Source: Rotaria socialis
Lineage: Eukaryota
Assembly (NCBI GenBank): GCA_905331295.1
Contig: CAJNYD010000224.1
Location: forward strand, 124,001-188,000
DNA: 64,000 nucleotides
Reading direction: 5' to 3'
The notes under the pieces are model-generated. The model was not told where the DNA came from. It saw only the letters and a program-made list of their open reading frames with translations, and ran no database searches. Below, in pieces: positions 38,180-52,470 of this stretch (the stretch's first letter is position 1; every line of letters starts with the position of its first letter). The position numbers and the translations under genes were made by a program.

Positions 38180-41100
38180 TTAAAGAAATGGCTGACATAA
38201 TCGAGCAATCGTCAAAGAAAAATTATTAGATTTTTTGTAATATTGTTTTAAAATATCAATAATTTCATCTGTCGTTACACCACATACAGATCGATCGTTT
38301 ATCTAAATAAAAAGAAAATTCTCATATTCAGTGTCTAGGCAATCGTCTAACAAGACAAAAGCTCTCAATATTCACTATGATTAAATAAAATAAAATGTCT
38401 TTTTTTTTCTTCTGATAAGAAAGAAGATTTTCAAGTATTTACTTTTTAATTTAAAAGAACATTTATAACCCGGCAACATATAGTATTCGGATTCAATATA
38501 TCAAAATTACTTTTCGTTCAAGTTTCGATAAATATAATGCAAGGCTTCATGTTGAATTGCTTCGAGAGCTTTCATTATTTTAGAACTTTTACCTTTCAAC
38601 TAGCCTTGACTTACTTTGTCAACACATTACGTTACTTCTAGAAAATTGCTCATAGCGATCGATGCAGTACCTCAAACGACAATCTTTCTATGGATCAATT
38701 TCTGTTGTTTCATAAGAAATATCTATGAACAAACAGAAAGAAGCGTAGAAACTAAAAAAATTTCTTGTATTCAATCTGAGTGCTATATTTTTTCGGAAGT
38801 ATTTGTATAGACTTAAACCTTATAAACAAAGCCTTGAAAGTCTTCTCTGTTACCAGAAAAAAAAATATTCAGTTCTGCTTAGCCGCAATCGACAAGTGCA
38901 AGTTTGCTTTTCGGTAGGTGACTTTCGAGAAATTTCCTATGTATAGATAAATATTTTTACTTTTAGTATAATATCATTTTGCTGAAGATCTTTTAAATTT
39001 AATGATGATTCAATGGCGGTTACTTGACATATGTGTTTCTGTTGTTTAGAACGAATTTGTTTAAAATGTGTTTGTTTCGAACATTTCAATACGGGTCGTC
39101 TTCCACCAAGAATTGAATATGGAACTAATATAGATGCACTGATCTGTACTGTACTTGCCGTCATTGTGTATAGAAAAATATTTTTTGGATCATCGACAGG
39201 AATAGTTAATGTTGTATAAAAAAGTTTTTCTTGTGTTGATGATGGTGATTGATTGAATAAATTCGGTAGAATATAATCTTGATCGTTATGATTGATTAAT
39301 GACTGATTTTCTGTTGAAAAATCAGTTTGTATAGGTTCTTGATGATGATAAATAACATTTGATAAAGTTAATTGATCCAGCTTTTCAGTGAAGTCAATTT
39401 GTGAATCTTGGTTAGAATCTTTTTCTAAATGATCAAGTAGATCATATAATTGGTTTGTATCAAACTGTTCATGTTGAATTTCGTTGTCATCGGATGATTG
39501 TAAACATGGTAGAAAAGGTAATTGCCGTTTTGATGTTGCACGTGTTTTGAGTTTTTCACTTGAAGTTAATGAACGTGGAAAATGAATGTGATTGAGTAAT
39601 GAAATACTAGACGACGCATATGGTAATGGACTATTAGGTGATGAACAAACAACTTCAGTACCGTCCGGTCGACGAGCTTTCGGCGCATATATAATTTGTG
39701 TTAACGAATCATTTAATGATGATGTTGAAGAATTTATGGTTTCAGTTTTTTCTAACAGCGATGAATTATTCTCGTGTATAGGAGAATCAATATGATTTGC
39801 TTGACTATCGATAAAAGATATATTTACTGATTGAACATTTGATAATTCTTGAATTTCATCATCATGAAATTCATGAGTAATGGATTCGTTTGACGTATCG
39901 TTTGGAGTTGATGTGGTAGGAATGGTTGCTAGTGATGGTAATATTCGAGAGGATTTAGCCTATAAAATGCATACGAATAAGTTCTTTTTGTTGTTGTTGA
40001 TATGAAGCGCAATGAATTAATTAAGATAACGATTATTTTAAAGGAAAAAAGGTTTAATTAGTTCTATTTGATATCAATGGAAAGTTCAAGGAGAATAGAT
40101 TGATATGAATTTGAAAATTTAGTATTGCCTTTCAATCTCGAAATAAAACCGAAATCTAGAAATCAATCTTTTTATTTTTGACTATCTGAATTTAACAGAA
40201 GCAGTGATATGCGTTAACACTCATAATTGTTTCGATATCTATTACGTTCATTATGTAAAAGGAAATTCAAGCTAACGAGAAAAGCTATATAAACCGTTTT
40301 TCATAGCTACATGTCTTTTTTAATCATCAATATAACAACACACAATTCTAAGAAAATCTAAACAATTTATGATTAGATCTTTTTTTCAAGTTTTCTCATT
40401 TTTTTCAAGACATTGACGTTATTGTTGACATTTTGAAATTTATTTTGATTGCTTATAATGTTTTCTTGTATTTTAAACTATAACATCGAATGAGGCGTTT
40501 TTGTTTTGATTTCACTGAATGAAGAATTTTGCTGAAATATTTTCAAGTAAAACACCTGCAAACAAATTTTTCCCATAAAATGAAACTGAACAGAGCGGGC
40601 AAAACTCCTCTCGTCAGTCGCAATACAAGGTACCAGAAAAATATATTCCCTCGTTTTATGATTAGATCAGAACAGAAAATGGGTCAAATTACTTATATTA
40701 TTGCGATTAGACCAAAACCAAAGTATTACCATAGTCGATGACACTGAACGTGCCTGAGTACGTACTAAGGTCGTATATCATTATAACCGTATACGTAGAA
40801 AAGCAATGTTCTTTTACAATTTTCGTATACAGTCAAGGCGATATACTACCGTAGTATTGAGTCATAGGAACCGTCAAAATATCATCGGCTACGAGCGTAA
40901 GCTAACCCGATAGATCTCCTTGATCTGCCTACAGAAAATTCTTATTAGTGTAATAAACATGTGTGACTATATTGATAGCGACATTTAATTTGTTTTTATT
41001 CATTAAGAGTGTACATACGCGTTCTTCATGATTTATTTGTTGTATGTTAACTCCTTTCTTATCATTTTCTATTTCAATTGTTGGCTGTAAATCATTGATA

Positions 41101-41486
41101 AATTGTTGACGCTGCTTTTGTTCGATTATGTTTATATTTTCATTGTTCAATGTGTTTGTTTGATTGCGTCGATTACTATTTAAAGCACGTAAACGTCGAT
41201 CGAATTCGTCCAATGTACTATTTGTATCATCATTTAACGCTGATTTATATTTAACAAATTTATTATATCGATCCACTGCTCCATTATCGTCAATCAAATC
41301 GCTATCGGTTCGTTTATCAAGAAGTTCTTGTAAAAATTTATTTGCGGTTTGATGTGATTTTGCTCTTCGCTCACGTAATTCGTCGCCACTTTTTTGCATA
41401 CGCATACGAGACGATGTCCATTCTGATTTGGCCATAACAGCACAAAGACGCCGTTGAACATATGTAAAATCATCAGTCTCATTCAT
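38180..41486 (-). CDS. Uncharacterised protein with a C-terminal PDZ-like domain, 3 exons, ~529 aa
   Basis: Exons 41486-41019, 39959-38961, 38302-38180; GT-AG, phase 0, no stops. Splicing rebuilds CQVTAIESSLNLKDLQQNDIILK|INDRSVCGVTTDEIIDILKQ...FSLTIAR, typical of the second half of a PDZ fold. The N-terminus is helical/charged and the middle is S/T/D/Q-rich. Confidence 0.8.
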
Positions 41487-44400
41487 CTTGTATCTTTACT
41501 TGCTTTTCTATAGGTGTTTAGATGAGATTGAAACTACAAGTAAGATATAATATTGTGTGAAAGAAGAAGAGAGAAAAAAACGTTAGAAGAAGTAAAAGTG
41601 AAGTCAAACGAGGTTGTAAAAAGAAAAGAGAATAGAGCCGAGAAGAAGAAAAAAACCGTGAGAATATTTCAATCAGTTGACTTAAAGTGAGAATTAAAGA
41701 CAAGAAGAATGAGCACACACTAAATAAACAAAAAATTGAGAAGAGTAGAACAGAATGAAGAACTCTCTATGGTAGCGAACTTGTTGTAACATACAAGAAC
41801 AACACTACAATTTAAGTTGCATAAAGTTTGTGCTCAGAAAGAAAGAAAAAAAGAAAAAGAAATTCAAATAAATATCAGTTTGTAAGGAATCATAGGTTAT
41901 AAGATATGAAATGCAGATATTATTTACCGTCAATATTTTTCTGTTCTCAGATCTTATTTTCATAAGTAAATTATAGACGAAAAAAAAGATCTCAACGTTA
42001 TTTTTTTCTTAAAAGGATATTTAAATGCATTCATTTTTGTTTTAAACAAAGCACTTATATTTTTCATGTGTACAAACTAATCACACTTAGAAGTTGTTTC
42101 TATTTACAAAAAAAATCATGTTTCGATTTGTATACAAATATTGTTAAAATGAATTTACCTTTTAGAAAGTTTCAACAAACGGAAAAAATCGAAATGAAAT
42201 GATACTCTTGTCATAAATAGAAAAGCAAGATTTTGCAAGAAAATTCGAGATTGAGTTATTCGCAAAAAAATTCATAAACAATCGAAAGATTCGGAGACGG
42301 AAATAAAATTAGCGAGGAAATGTTTCAAATTTGTTGACATTTCTATATGCAAGAGCGATTCATAGATTTTACTTAGGATCATTCAGTATTGATCATGGCA
42401 ATTAACTAGTATGTACCAGGCTTATACAAAACATTCTTTGGACATAGACTAAGATTGAAGTCGATATTTTATCCTTTTCTAACTCATTTATTCGTAGTAA
42501 CATCTCGATTGTACATGTCTTGTATTGCTAGAAATAATTTCAACTCCCGATAAAGACGAGAGAGTCTAATCCCTAGCAAGTCTTGAGAGGTCACTGGAAG
42601 GTACTTTGCAGAGCCTCATAATAAAATCTGGCAGAAACTTGAAAGAAAATAGTTTTTGTTAAAATTCGATTGCTGTTTCTAATAGAATGAGAAGTCATGG
42701 GGATAAGATAAAAAACGACTACTTATATCGTTATCATGTAGGTATTTCTAATATATTTTGTCAATTATATTTGAGATTCGATAAATTTATAATACGAAGC
42801 TGAATAGTGTACGTTGACTTTGGAATGAGGTTGTTTCTTTTTCAAAACTGTCAATCGGAAAATCTAAAAAATTACAGACCAGTTAGTTGAAGAAGAATAA
42901 AATTTTGCCGATACCTACAGCATTCTTTTTCGATTATTGTGGTATAAAGACGGGTTGAATTTATGCATTCATGTTATTCCTACTGGGCTAGAAACAGCTA
43001 GTAAATCATTTAATGCTATGTACGCTTTGGTCTTAGTATTTGTTGACCGAGAAAGAAAAAGATCTATGCAGATATGTACAAGTCAAGTCATTTTATTCAT
43101 TTCAATTTCGATTTTCTAACTTGAAATGTAATGGAAAATATAAATGAAGATCAGGACATATGTTCAGATATTCAAATTGCGTGAAATAAGATACTGCTGT
43201 TAAAATATGTAGAAATCTTTTTGTCTTAAATTCTATTGGGTGCCTCATTTCCCAACAATTTGTTTCACGAAAATATGTTGTTTTCTTTGTTTTTATAAAA
43301 GTTTATTTGATTCATAACTTAGAAAACGACAGTAAAACTATAATATGGGTCAAGGAAACAGTGTTGTCGGTAATTTGCTTTTGATTTAAGAAAACTTGAT
43401 GAAAATTGGGTTGAATTCCAACTTGGCTTCACTTGACTTGTGACTTGACTCAAAGTGGCTCTGACTTGCCCATCTCTGGATCTATGTAACAACAATCAAA
43501 TGGGTTTACACATATGGAGAAATATTTGAATTTTCTAATCTAAACGGCAGATTTTTATAGTATAGTGTATGTTAATCTATTAACAAACTTCAATCAGATT
43601 AATCTCGTACAATTAAATACAGCTGATCTTTTTAACCTAAAATAGCCGGTTTCCATATAATTTTTAGTCGTTTCTTTTTAGACCAGTAGTTTGATATCAT
43701 GGATAGTCGGCTACCTTTCGATAGGTGATTCTACTATTGTATAGCGTTGGTAGTAGGAACAAGTGTGCCGCATTAATTTCTATACTGTATTGAATTTATA
43801 TCACTTGAATGTTCGACTTGCTTTGAGTATTAATTTTTTATGCAATATATTGCTTTCAAAAGCGTTTACTTCTGAAATATTTGCATTCACGCGTGAAATA
43901 GGGTTATTAACAATGAGACCGAAATCAAAAGAATATTTTGTTAGTGCATCACACAATATATAATAATTGACCAAGTTCTTCTTCCATATGACCTATATCT
44001 ACCGACAAACTATAATTATGTCAGGAAATTATCTATCACCAGTACACTTGTCATATTTTAATAAGCGTCGTTTTCTTTTCATATTCGATATCTCAATAGC
44101 AGTTCGAGTGTTTCTACATGATACAGCAAACGAGTTGTTTATGTGTTAAGATTTTTATTGTTACTCTGTGGAATAAAACTGTTAAGAGAAATTAATGAAG
44201 ACATAATAATTTTGTTTTTTTAATACTTTGAAAGCAATGCATCTGATAATGAGGATTTGATTTTCTTCCAATTTATCTTGATTATAAATTTATTATATTT
44301 AATCATTGTTTAGCTTCTACTTGATCTGACATCACATGTACTTGAAAGTAAAAGTTATATAACTTTTATCAGTATTTTCATGAAGAAAAGCATTTAAAAA

Positions 44401-47400
44401 GCGAGTAAAATGCTCAGCCATTCTTTTTCTATTATTAAGCATGCATTTGTTTTTTTTTCTAGGAGATTATCCTGTATCATCAATCCGCAGACAGTTCACC
44501 ATTTCAACAATAAGAAACAAAGATTCGAAAGTTTAGAATCCAAATGGAAATAAACCTACCAGAACATTTTCATTCCTGTTAGTATTCACACAATCTTAAA
44601 TGTTCTTGCAGTTTAGTATCAATAGAAAATACATTCACTAAAACTATAAAGTACTGTTCAAATTTCAAATAGTATTTGTTACATTACATTACTGGACGAG
44701 AAAGCATTTTTTCTCAAAAATAAAATGATCAACAGATGGCAGGAGTTTTTAGAAAAGAATACTTTTCAACAATGTACTGTTTCAACTAATATATTTATTC
44801 TTTTTCTCAAAAATAACTATATCCAAGTAACAGATTGCTTAGAAAGTTTACAGTCTGATAGATCGATTAAAATTTCTATTGTAGCAAAAACGTTTTTTGT
44901 TTCCAGTCGGTCTGAAGTCGTGCTGTAAATAATCCTACTCATTATCACGCATGGATTACAGTTTACTTTCGACGAAGACATTCATTAATCGTTTCAAACT
45001 TGAATCATTAATAGTTCTTTTTTCATAACTCAAACACGCTACATAAACTTAAAATATCAAGGGATACTAATAAATAATACATTGAATAGCTATCAAGAAA
45101 AAATAATATTCTATTTTTCAAATAAAGGAATAACTATAATACTAACAATACAATATGAATGTCTTCAGTAAATAATTCCGGAATCGATTTACTTGTGTAA
45201 CAAATAAATGCAATATTATCTATTTATTGTATCGTTTACTTATGATAGTAATTATTTAAAATTATAATCTATAATACTTTCACTAGACTTTCTCGGCTCG
45301 TTTCCATATATATCTATACGGACGTGTTCATCTGACTTTGTCTAGCAACTACTTATATTTTGGGATCTGTGTGATTTAAGTAATCTCGCCCTCGAGCCAC
45401 ATAAAATATTAAACACGCCTTATTTTTATCCATTCACATTCAGAGGTCTCTTGTACTTGTTCTAATAAAGTATTCTTGAAAAGCTTTAAGAACAGACTGT
45501 AAATCATATTGCGGATATGAACATATTTCTCTATGATTCTATTCATTCATTTTGATAAATCTATGTTTGATTATTAGTCGTGCATTTTAAAATTTGTTTT
45601 ATGTAGCTATTGCTATTGTACTATAGTCGTACTCTCAGTTCATTCCCTTGAAGTGATTTTCAACAATAAACATATTGTTAGAATATTTACTTTCAAGTCT
45701 ATATATAGGTTTTTTTCTATTTTACCAATAGCAATATTTGCTGATCTTTTATTGTTGAATAAATTTGTATAGATTCTATTCTATCCATTGTAATTACTGT
45801 GACAACGGAGAGAAAAAAGCGAATGAAGGAGAATTTATTTACTGCATAATTTATAATACGAAAACATCCAGACATAATAATAAATTCTATATTAGAAGTG
45901 TTAATAATTTAAAAAAATTAATATCTACTACTGTCCTTTTCGAGGTAAAAGGGTTTTTACGGCTTTATAAATAATTGTTGATAGTCAGACAATAGAGAGC
46001 TACGATTTTCACTACTGAAAAAAGTAATTTCGAGGCTGTTGATTCGCCTTGGGAACATTTTCCTTCGGCACGTTCCTGTGACCTTTCTAGAGGTCAATAT
46101 TTGCAGAAAAAAAAACACATTTCAAAATAATATACTGGAAAAATATCTTTTGAAATTATAAATAAATAATTTATTTACTAAAATATACAAAAAATTAAAA
46201 ATTCCGCTCCGAATCGTTATTAGGGATCAGCAATAAATTCAATCTGCAAGATATTAGTAAAGGATCTTTTAATAGATTTCAACCGATTGATCGGTTTCTC
46301 TCAAAAATGTGCTGTGGCGTCGTTTATCGACTACACCCATTCAAACTATTATAGCGAGTCTTTATATACTGAATCCCTAGAGAATATTCTACTATAATAA
46401 TTTATGATTTATTCAGATCATAGAGTTTATTTCCCTGTCGATAAATTCATTTTTTTTCAAAGAACGAGATTGAAATGTTTTTTTGTCTACATAGTATGAG
46501 AAAAAATGACTGGATTTTGTGCGAAGGAATGATTTGAAACAGCACAAGTAACTATTTTTTTCAACCGATGCATTTCATTCTCTAATCCAGACGGATAAAA
46601 ATATTTGTGCCAAAACGTGTGCTTATTTAATGAAAACAACAATGCAAGATTTCAATGCAATTTTCATAATCATGTTCGAAACCTACGAAGCATTGAATTT
46701 CTTTAAAACACGAAAACAACTAATTAGCTGGTGATTTTTCGTTAGACATTAACCTCAAATAGTAGACTGTTAAGAATCATTCACTTTATTATATATTACA
46801 ACAAGATTAATTGCATTTGTAAGAACAGTGTTTTTCTTTCTCGTATAATCATTTTTTCTTGAGATTCTTGCCTGAGGCATTTTCATTATTTTTTCGAATT
46901 TGATTGCCAAACCATAAAAAGCTATCTTCTAAAATGAATCAAGCACTATATTTATTTATTCTATTTATTCTGCTACGACTACTTAAATACTTGTAATCCA
47001 ACTCGACTTTTCTCATAGTGTAATTCACTAATCTTAGTAAACAATTTTTCTTTACTGAATCACGAATATGTGACATGAAAGAAAAAGAATCTTGACCATT
47101 TATTAATTAATTTCTTTTTACATTTCAAATCTAAAAACGTCTGTCAGCAAATACTTTCAGGTTTCTTTTGAAGTAAACATATAGCTATTTGGTTCTATCG
47201 GAATTTACTGGTTCTTTTTTTTTTGCATGTGAAATCTCTTCATAATCAATAGTGGCCACAATACAGCTATGCTATTCTTTTGCTCCAAGTCTTTTCTTTT
47301 ATGAAAAAAAACGTAATTAGTAGATTTAGAATGCTAATAAAAGAAGAAATCACACAGCAATTTATTATACTTAAATGTACGGCTATGACTAATAATTTGA

Positions 47401-48517
47401 TTTCATATTATATGTATATTCCATCATTTGCAAAAACTATCAAATTTACATGCAACATATATTTATTTTATTTTATAGAAAAAAACACCTGAAGTGTAGC
47501 AAAGGTATTTCCGCACAATGTGGAAACAAGAAAAAAAGATGATACTTTTCTCCACATAGAATGAAGACATGTCTGAAAAATGCTTATCATGGCGCACCGT
47601 TATGTTACGTTCAGAAGAACATCGCCTCGATATTGATAGTGATTAGCTAGACGACAGATTTTCCATTAAATTTCTGACATGACATTACGAACATTCCCCT
47701 TTTTGTATAAAATAGAAAAACAACTAATGACAATATGCCAAAATAAACAGGAGTCTATTTTTCTATATAGAAGAAGCAATTACAAATTTGAAACCTGATG
47801 CGTAGTTTAACTTGAGCTTCCTACTGAATCCTTCACTGAGACAAATCTCGCGTTCATGGAGTACTTTTCATTTATTATATATATATTTATTTATTGTATT
47901 GGTCCACACCCTCCGGCTAGAGAAAGTTTAAAGAACATGTTCTTTTTTGTATTATTTCTGACACTCTCAAAAGTAAAATAGAAATGTTTAACATGAATGA
48001 ATGAATGAATGAATACAGATCTATTTTTATGTTTTATTTTAATTGAATATAATTCGTGGGTGTTTGTTGACTAATGTCTTAGTTTTTACAATGAAACATT
48101 CTTTTGTTGTTTATTTTATTGATTTCAAAACTAGTTGCACTTAATCTTGATAGTGTGTGTAGGAGAAATATGAATTCTAGCCTAGCAATGATTCATTCAT
48201 TTTTTCAAATGTTGTATTTCCTTTTTTGAGATTTAATTAAATGAGTTTTGTTAAAGGATTGCAATATGATAAAATTATTAAATATTTGTAATAAAATAAG
48301 CGTATGCTGCTTCATTGAAGATCTATTAATCAGAATAATCTCTTTATATGAAATAAGAATTTGCTGCATGTTAATATGTAATCAAAAACTTCCATAGTTC
48401 TTTTATCATGCAAAAGTTAAAATAGAAATCTCTAGCGTTAAGAATCTTTAAAATTTCATGGTATTATAGTTTTATTTATCGCAATATTTTTTTACACTCA
48501 GTTAGAAAATGAACGAA

Positions 48518-48875
48518 CCTATGTCATAGAAATCGCATTAAAAGGCGGCGGTTAACCGCGGTTTTACCTGTCCTGTTACCGGCTATCATCGGTGAAAATT
48601 TACCGGGGTGAATTGTCGGTTTTGATTAATACCACGGTTACCACTAAAAGAAGTGGCTAACCGGTTCGTCCATAATCTTTGACAAAAAAAGTGTTCTAAA
48701 TCATCAATTAAGCTATTTTAAACATCCTTTTCTTTACTTTTACATGTAATAAACATCCGCAAAAAACTGTCGATTTACCGGCCCGGTTACCGGCTCCCAT
48801 ATCAGTGTAATTTGCCACCGCAAGGATAAATACCGCGGTTTATCGGAAAAAATGATCCGGCATGCACAACATAAA
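48518..48875. mobile_element. MITE, CCCATGT family, diverged full-length copy
   Basis: Collinear with 50110-50477 (GGCGGTTAACCGCGGTTTTACC, AAATCATCAATTAAGCTATTTTAAACATCCTTT); termini decayed. Confidence 0.85.
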
Positions 48876-50109
48876 AAATCAATTAAAGATATTCAGTAAT
48901 CTCAATTATCGAAGTGTTATTTTTCAACTGTTAAAATATTAAGTTCATCCTTGTGCGATAGTCCAATAAAAATAATATAGATATTTGTTCACTTGTCGGT
49001 TAGCTCTATGCTAAAAATACTCTCTAATTTCACAAATATTCTTCTATTTATGCAAAAGTTTTTAGTCACGTGTCAATGACACGAGGAAAAAAAGAATCAA
49101 ACTATTAACAATGATCTGTATTCTTAATCAAGAATATAAAGTTTATTAGACAAATCGTTGAAATATTCATTTACTTGATTTTCATCAATTTCATGTTATC
49201 GATGATCACGTATTTAACAAAACGAAAAGTAAAAACGAGCAAAAATGTTTTTTTGTCCTGTTTATCCTTCTCTGTATCCCCATAATAAGTCCTTGGGTAC
49301 ATGCTAGAATATATATATATATATATATCTTTCTTATTCCTCGAACATTCAAGATATAGCCTATAATGACCTCACAAACTGCGGGATTTTTTCTCGTTCT
49401 TTGCCATGTCTTCTTCTGAAAAACAGCCTGTCTGTTTTTTTACGTATTTTCTTTTCTATTTTTTGCCTACTCCGTTTTTTTTTCTTTTCTGGACAATCTT
49501 CGATGAAGGAATCTATTGGTTGTTGATAAGAGAAAAGAACGGAAAGAAACAAGGACGCAAGTGCTTCCAGTACTTTTGCAACACTACAAACGTACTTCTG
49601 TGTAAAAAGAATCTTTAGATCACATTGCTGCTAGGTGAATTCGCCGTCAGATAATTTGTTGCATGACAATTTGTTGTCAGACTATTCGTCGCAAATGTAC
49701 TGTAATTGATTAAAACTGTGCCATGTCTTACTGCTAATTGACTTAACTAAAACCGCGTTTCAATTAATGTATAAAATTATAACTCTGTTATCCTCACCAA
49801 GCAAATAATAAATATTCTAATAGTATTTTTGAATAATAGAACAAAGCAATCATTTTGAAAGTTAAGCATAAAATTATTCTGTAAAGTAAAGACAGTCACT
49901 TGATTTCAATAGTAATTTAATAATTTACTACTATTTTACGAAGAACGAGCGCACGCAAGATTTTTTCAAGTGAGAACGAGAAGTCTATGCTTGGCAATAA
50001 AGGTGACAATTATACTTTAGAACGAAAAGCTTTTGCGAAAATGATTTTTCGATATCACAGTTGAGATTGCAAAGGTAAATTTAACTAAAATATGATTTTC
50101 AATAGGCTT

Positions 50110-50477
50110 CCCGTGTAATAAAAACCGCATGAAAATCGGCGGTTAACCGCGGTTTTACCGGTCCTGTTATCGGCTATCATCAGTGAAAATTTATCGGAAG
50201 TTACCGCGGTAAACCACCGGCTTTGATTAATATCACAGTTACCCCTAAAAAAAAGCGGTTAAGCGATTCGTCTATAATCTTTGATAGAAAAAGTGTTCCA
50301 AATCATCAATTAAGCTATTTTAAACATCCTTTCTTTTTACTTTTACATGTGATAAACATGCACAAAAAACCGCCGGTTTATCGGTCCGGTTACCGCTCCC
50401 ATATCAGTTTAATTTACCACAGGAAGAATAAATACCACGGTTTACCGCAAAAAAGGATCTGGTATTCGCAACATGGG
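50110..50477. mobile_element. MITE, CCCATGT family, full-length copy
   Basis: Termini CCCGTGT / ACATGGG, 2-bp TSD TT, internal ACCG/CGGT repeats. Homologous to 14233-14367 and 48518-48875. Confidence 0.88.
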
Positions 50478-52470
50478 TTCTCTATGAAGAAATTTCTCTC
50501 TCCATCTCTACATTAATTGTGTTACATTCAATTAACTACGCGACGAATTGCCCAGTTACCATCACATTGGCACGAGGCATAATTAAAAGAGAAGCACGTC
50601 CGTGTATATTTCAATATATAAAGTTAATTATTCTTAAAGATTGAATCATATATTAATAAATATATCAAAAACAGTTTTCGGTGTTGATACAAAGATTTCT
50701 TTTTTTGCAAGACAATATTTATCTTGTTATTAAGGCATTGAGAGCATTTAGTGCATTTTTATGGGCTTGCGTAGAAAAAAACATTATTTGCATAGCGGCA
50801 TGATAATAAAAGACTTTGTACACTAAGATGATTGAAGAAAGTGATAGCAGCTCGTGCTCGCTATTTTCCCTAATCAATTTATTGAATATTGATCGTTTTT
50901 CTTTCCATCGATAGATACAGAAATAGTGTAATAGTAGTTATTTCGAAAATTGTATTTGATTGGAATAAATTATTCGATTCAAAAAAGGAATTTCAGATTA
51001 GTTGTCTAATTTCAGAATTTCTATCCAAAAAACAAGACAAAGATTATTTAGAATCTTTTATTTTTTTGCCTTAGAAAACATTGAAATTAAGTCACGTGTT
51101 CGGACACGAGCTTGACATTAAAACGTTAGAAAAGTATGATTTATATACTTATTTAATTATAGAAGCTATAGAGAACGTTCACTGAGGCATAATTTATCTA
51201 TCTTATACATTGATAAGATCCAAATTCATGTTATTTGGTGCGTTTCTGGTTACTACCATAAATCGATATAGACACTTTCTTGTGACCGATTTCTAGCGAA
51301 TAAATAGTCATTTCTTTTCTATCCATTCTGTGCTTTTATTTGTTATTCTAATTCATGAATTCACTCGCCGATCAACTGAAAATTTGAGCATGCCCTACTT
51401 TCCACAATTTGGGTAGGCTACGTCCTTCATGAAAAACATATACTCTTTGACAGAGAGCAGAACGAGGGTGTAAATGGTAGAAAGAAAGAAAAAGTTTCAA
51501 GTTCTCTTTTTCTCTTCTTCCTTTCTCGCTTCAGTTTGTTATTATAGACGAAAGAGAAAAAAAACAGAACGCCGAGTTACTATTTTTCAAGTGCAAGCAT
51601 ATCTACCATTACCTTCATAAAAACGCATATACGCGTTGCATTACAAGAACAAGACAAATCTACTTTTGTGTTCCCGGTGAAAGAAAAATGTTGGGTATAA
51701 TGGATACATACAACGGAGATGATATACTTTATCAATATGAAAAAAGTGGAAATCACAATAACAATTCAATTCTTATAAATTATGTGCCAAAGAAAGTAAG
51801 AAATCCACATCTGCTGATAGATGCAAAGTTTTTATGATTATTGTTTATGGCAAAGAAAAACAAACGAAGCGAATGAGTTTTGTGATTAGTGTACGAATAT
51901 TACAGTTTTTTCACATTTTCAAATCTGAAAATTATTGAAACTGAAGTAAAAAATAATTAGCTAATTAATAAGTAGTTTTTAATGCAAATGAAAGTTCATT
52001 TCTTATATTCTATAAATAACCATAACACTGTAATAATCGAACTTTGCTCGGTTAAAAATAGGTAGAACTGAGCAGAAAAAATTGTATTATTGATAAAAAA
52101 AAAACACAGCTTTATAATTTAATACTAACTGTTTCGTTATTGGCTTCCTAATTATTTGAATTGAGTTTTTGAATCAATCAATTAAATGCGATAGAAACGT
52201 TATAACTATATTCTTTTAGCCTTGTATTAAAAAAATAACATAAAAGTCTGCAATTGTCATGAACTAAGACTAGAAACGAGTTGTAGTTGTCTTATAGTGA
52301 CGAGACATGAGTTTTAGTTAGATTGTAATTAATGCATTAGAAAAAACAGATTTAATATTCTATAAGGTTAACGTGACTGTACTCTATATTCATGGAAGTT
52401 ACAATGAGTAATCCTTTTCTACGGAGTAAATATTTCAAAGAAATAAATCATCTTTTTTTCTCTGATCTAG

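Noticed and set aside
38937..38960. Stop at 38937 as the end of the minus-strand gene
   Set aside because: A donor at 38960 spliced to the 38302 exon completes the PDZ-like domain and is the better model.
43420..43478. GACTT repeats ending in GACTTGCCCATCTCTG, like a hAT terminus
   Set aside because: Only one end found; no partner TIR or TSD.
50223..50516. 97-aa ORF
   Set aside because: Almost entirely within the CCCATGT-family MITE; not supported as a gene.
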